From: Oscillospiraceae bacterium
GTDB lineage: Bacteria; Bacillota; Clostridia; Oscillospirales; CAG-272
Assembly: GCA_015063745.1 (NCBI GenBank)
Contig: SVTO01000003.1
Location: 3,212-67,211, forward strand
Reading direction: 5' to 3'
Length of the DNA: 64,000 nt
Of this stretch, positions 62,762 to 64,000 are shown piece by piece. The position numbers and the translations under genes are program-made. Under the pieces are notes generated by a model. It was given only the letters and a program-made list of their open reading frames with translations. It searched no databases and was not told where the DNA came from. Numbering within the stretch: the stretch's first letter is position 1; each line of letters starts with the position of its first letter.

Positions 62762-63877
62762 TTGATTATTGCACTGGAAGAAGCAAAATACGCCCTCACA
62801 AACTTCAGAGACAATCTGAAAGAACTGGGCAACGCCCTTCGTATTGACAATCTCCGCAAGCAGGCGGAAGAACTGGAAGCCAAGACCTTAGATCCCGATT
62901 TCTGGAACGATCAGGCCAATTCCGGTAAAATTCTGCAGCAGGTAAAGCAGCTCAAGGACAAAATCGGCGATTATGACGATCTCTGCGCAAAGCTGGAAGA
63001 TACCATTACGCTGGCAGAACTGGCTATTGAAGAAAATGACGAAAGCATGACCGATGAGGTTATTGCCGAGCAGAAGGCCATTGAAGAAGCCGAGGAAAAG
63101 ATGCGTATCGAAATTCTTCTTTCCGGCGAATACGACCGCAACAATGCCATTGTCAGCTTCCATCCCGGTGCCGGCGGTACCGAAGCGCAGGACTGGGCTC
63201 TTATGCTGTACCGTATGTACACCCGCTGGGGCGAACGTCATGGGTATACCGTTAAGCTGGTGGACTGGCTGGACGGTGAAGAAGCGGGTCTGAAGTCCGC
63301 TACCATTACCGTGGAAGGTCCCAATGCTTACGGTTATCTGAAGAGTGAAAACGGTGTTCACCGTCTGGTGCGTGTTTCTCCCTTCGACTCTTCCGGAAGA
63401 CGTCATACTTCCTTCGCTTCCGTGGAAGTTGTCCCGGAATTCGATGATGACAACAACATCGAACTCAAGGACGAAGATCTGGAAATCACGGCTCACCGTT
63501 CCAGCGGAGCGGGGGGGCAGCACATCAACAAGACCGACTCCGCTATCCGTATTGTGCATATTCCCACCGGTATCGTTGTCGGCTGTCAGACAGAACGCAG
63601 CCAGCTGCAGAACAAGGAAACCGCTTTGAAGATGCTCAAGTCCAAGCTGATGGAAATCAAGGAACGTGAACAGTTGGATAAGATTGATGATATCAAGGGT
63701 AACAAGACTAATATCGAGTGGGGTGCACAGATCCGCTCCTACGTATTCATGCCATACACCCTTGCCAAGGATACCAGAACCGGTTATGAAGACGGTAATA
63801 TCCAGGCCGTTATGGACGGCGAAATCGATGGATTCATCAATGCTTATCTGAAAATGAACGCCGGTAAGCAGGCATGA
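62762..63877 (+). CDS. prfB: peptide chain release factor 2 (uninterrupted frame)
   Basis: SPF (VSPFDSSGRRHTSF) and GGQ (GAGGQHINKTDSA) motifs. Start taken at TTG 62762, 7 nt after GGAGGA; TTG 62747 is an alternative. Confidence 0.9.
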   Translation: MIIALEEAKYALTNFRDNLKELGNALRIDNLRKQAEELEAKTLDPDFWNDQANSGKILQQVKQLKDKIGDYDDLCAKLEDTITLAELAIEENDESMTDEVIAEQKAIEEAEEKMRIEILLSGEYDRNNAIVSFHPGAGGTEAQDWALMLYRMYTRWGERHGYTVKLVDWLDGEEAGLKSATITVEGPNAYGYLKSENGVHRLVRVSPFDSSGRRHTSFASVEVVPEFDDDNNIELKDEDLEITAHRSSGAGGQHINKTDSAIRIVHIPTGIVVGCQTERSQLQNKETALKMLKSKLMEIKEREQLDKIDDIKGNKTNIEWGAQIRSYVFMPYTLAKDTRTGYEDGNIQAVMDGEIDGFINAYLKMNAGKQA

Positions 63878-64000
63878 AAAAAGAAGAAAGCCGTTTTGCC
63901 GATTCCGTGATCTTTGAAGGGATGACTTCCATCCGCGCCTGTCTTGCTGCCTATGATTCTGACTTCAATGACCGGCGGATCTGCAATATCTGGTACGACA
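63874..64000 (+). CDS. 3'-partial ORF, possibly a TrmH/SpoU-family RNA methyltransferase N-terminus
   Basis: The ATG overlaps the prfB stop (ATGA at 63874-63877). The ORF MKKEESRFADSVIFEGMTSIRACLAAYD... stays open to the window end. The function guess is weak. Confidence 0.35.
   Translation, partial: MKKEESRFADSVIFEGMTSIRACLAAYDSDFNDRRICNIWYD

Noticed and set aside
1-64000. Scan for CRISPR arrays, tRNA/rRNA genes, IS elements, integrases, toxin-antitoxin pairs and known defence-system genes.
   Set aside because: I found no direct-repeat/spacer arrays, no tRNA-like GGTTCGAATCC arms, no transposase/recombinase-like ORFs, and no nuclease/ATPase pairs outside housekeeping contexts. The DinG-like helicase at the left edge has no defence-type partner within the window, but its upstream neighbourhood is not visible.

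Overview
This 64-kb chromosomal window looks like it comes from an endospore-forming Firmicute of Clostridia type. Evidence: an alpha/beta SASP, SpoVAC, YqfC/YqfD, a YlbJ-like protein and a T-box serS. I called about 60 protein genes. I saw no rRNA, tRNA, CRISPR array, transposase, integrase or phage genes. All functional calls come from motif recognition by eye; no database search was possible.

Layout:
- 0-8 kb: housekeeping genes (DinG-like helicase, Xaa-Pro peptidase, YqeG phosphatase, esterase, orphan spoVAC, CE4 deacetylase, L-serine dehydratase).
- 8.1-24.8 kb: a 17-gene, single-strand cell-surface glycan locus. It holds a Wzm/Wzt ABC exporter, 9 glycosyltransferases, LicD, an EpsG-like membrane protein, an O-acetyltransferase and a PglC/PglD/PglE-like initiation module. 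An XRE regulator sits upstream. Base composition is visibly mosaic and low-GC.
- 25-27 kb: YitT-like protein, SASP, SGNH hydrolase.
- 27.3-33.4 kb: a DeoR regulator plus a 2-oxoacid dehydrogenase operon in E2-E3-E1 order, with E1 alpha and beta fused.
- 33.5-45 kb: GNAT pseudogene remnant, NUDIX hydrolase, T-box-controlled serS, G1P-dehydrogenase-like gene, acyl-CoA ligase, gdhA, Ca-type P-type ATPase.
- 46.1-53.9 kb: a tightly packed 7-gene operon mixing rhaA/rhaB with a TIM-barrel isomerase, two lipoproteins (CapA-like, amidase_3), an AEC permease and a double-SIS protein.
- 54-64 kb: mutS2-recO-era-ybeY-phoH-yqfD-yqfC, a ylbJ-like gene, and a prfB without the usual +1 frameshift.

The most unusual items are:
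- a zinc-ribbon protein ending in seven EECCC(C)EE repeats (23 Cys), for which I recognise no family;
- the hybrid architecture and mosaic composition of the glycan locus;
- the DeoR-linked fused-E1 dehydrogenase operon;
- the mixed rhamnose/cell-wall operon.

None of these is proven novel from sequence alone.
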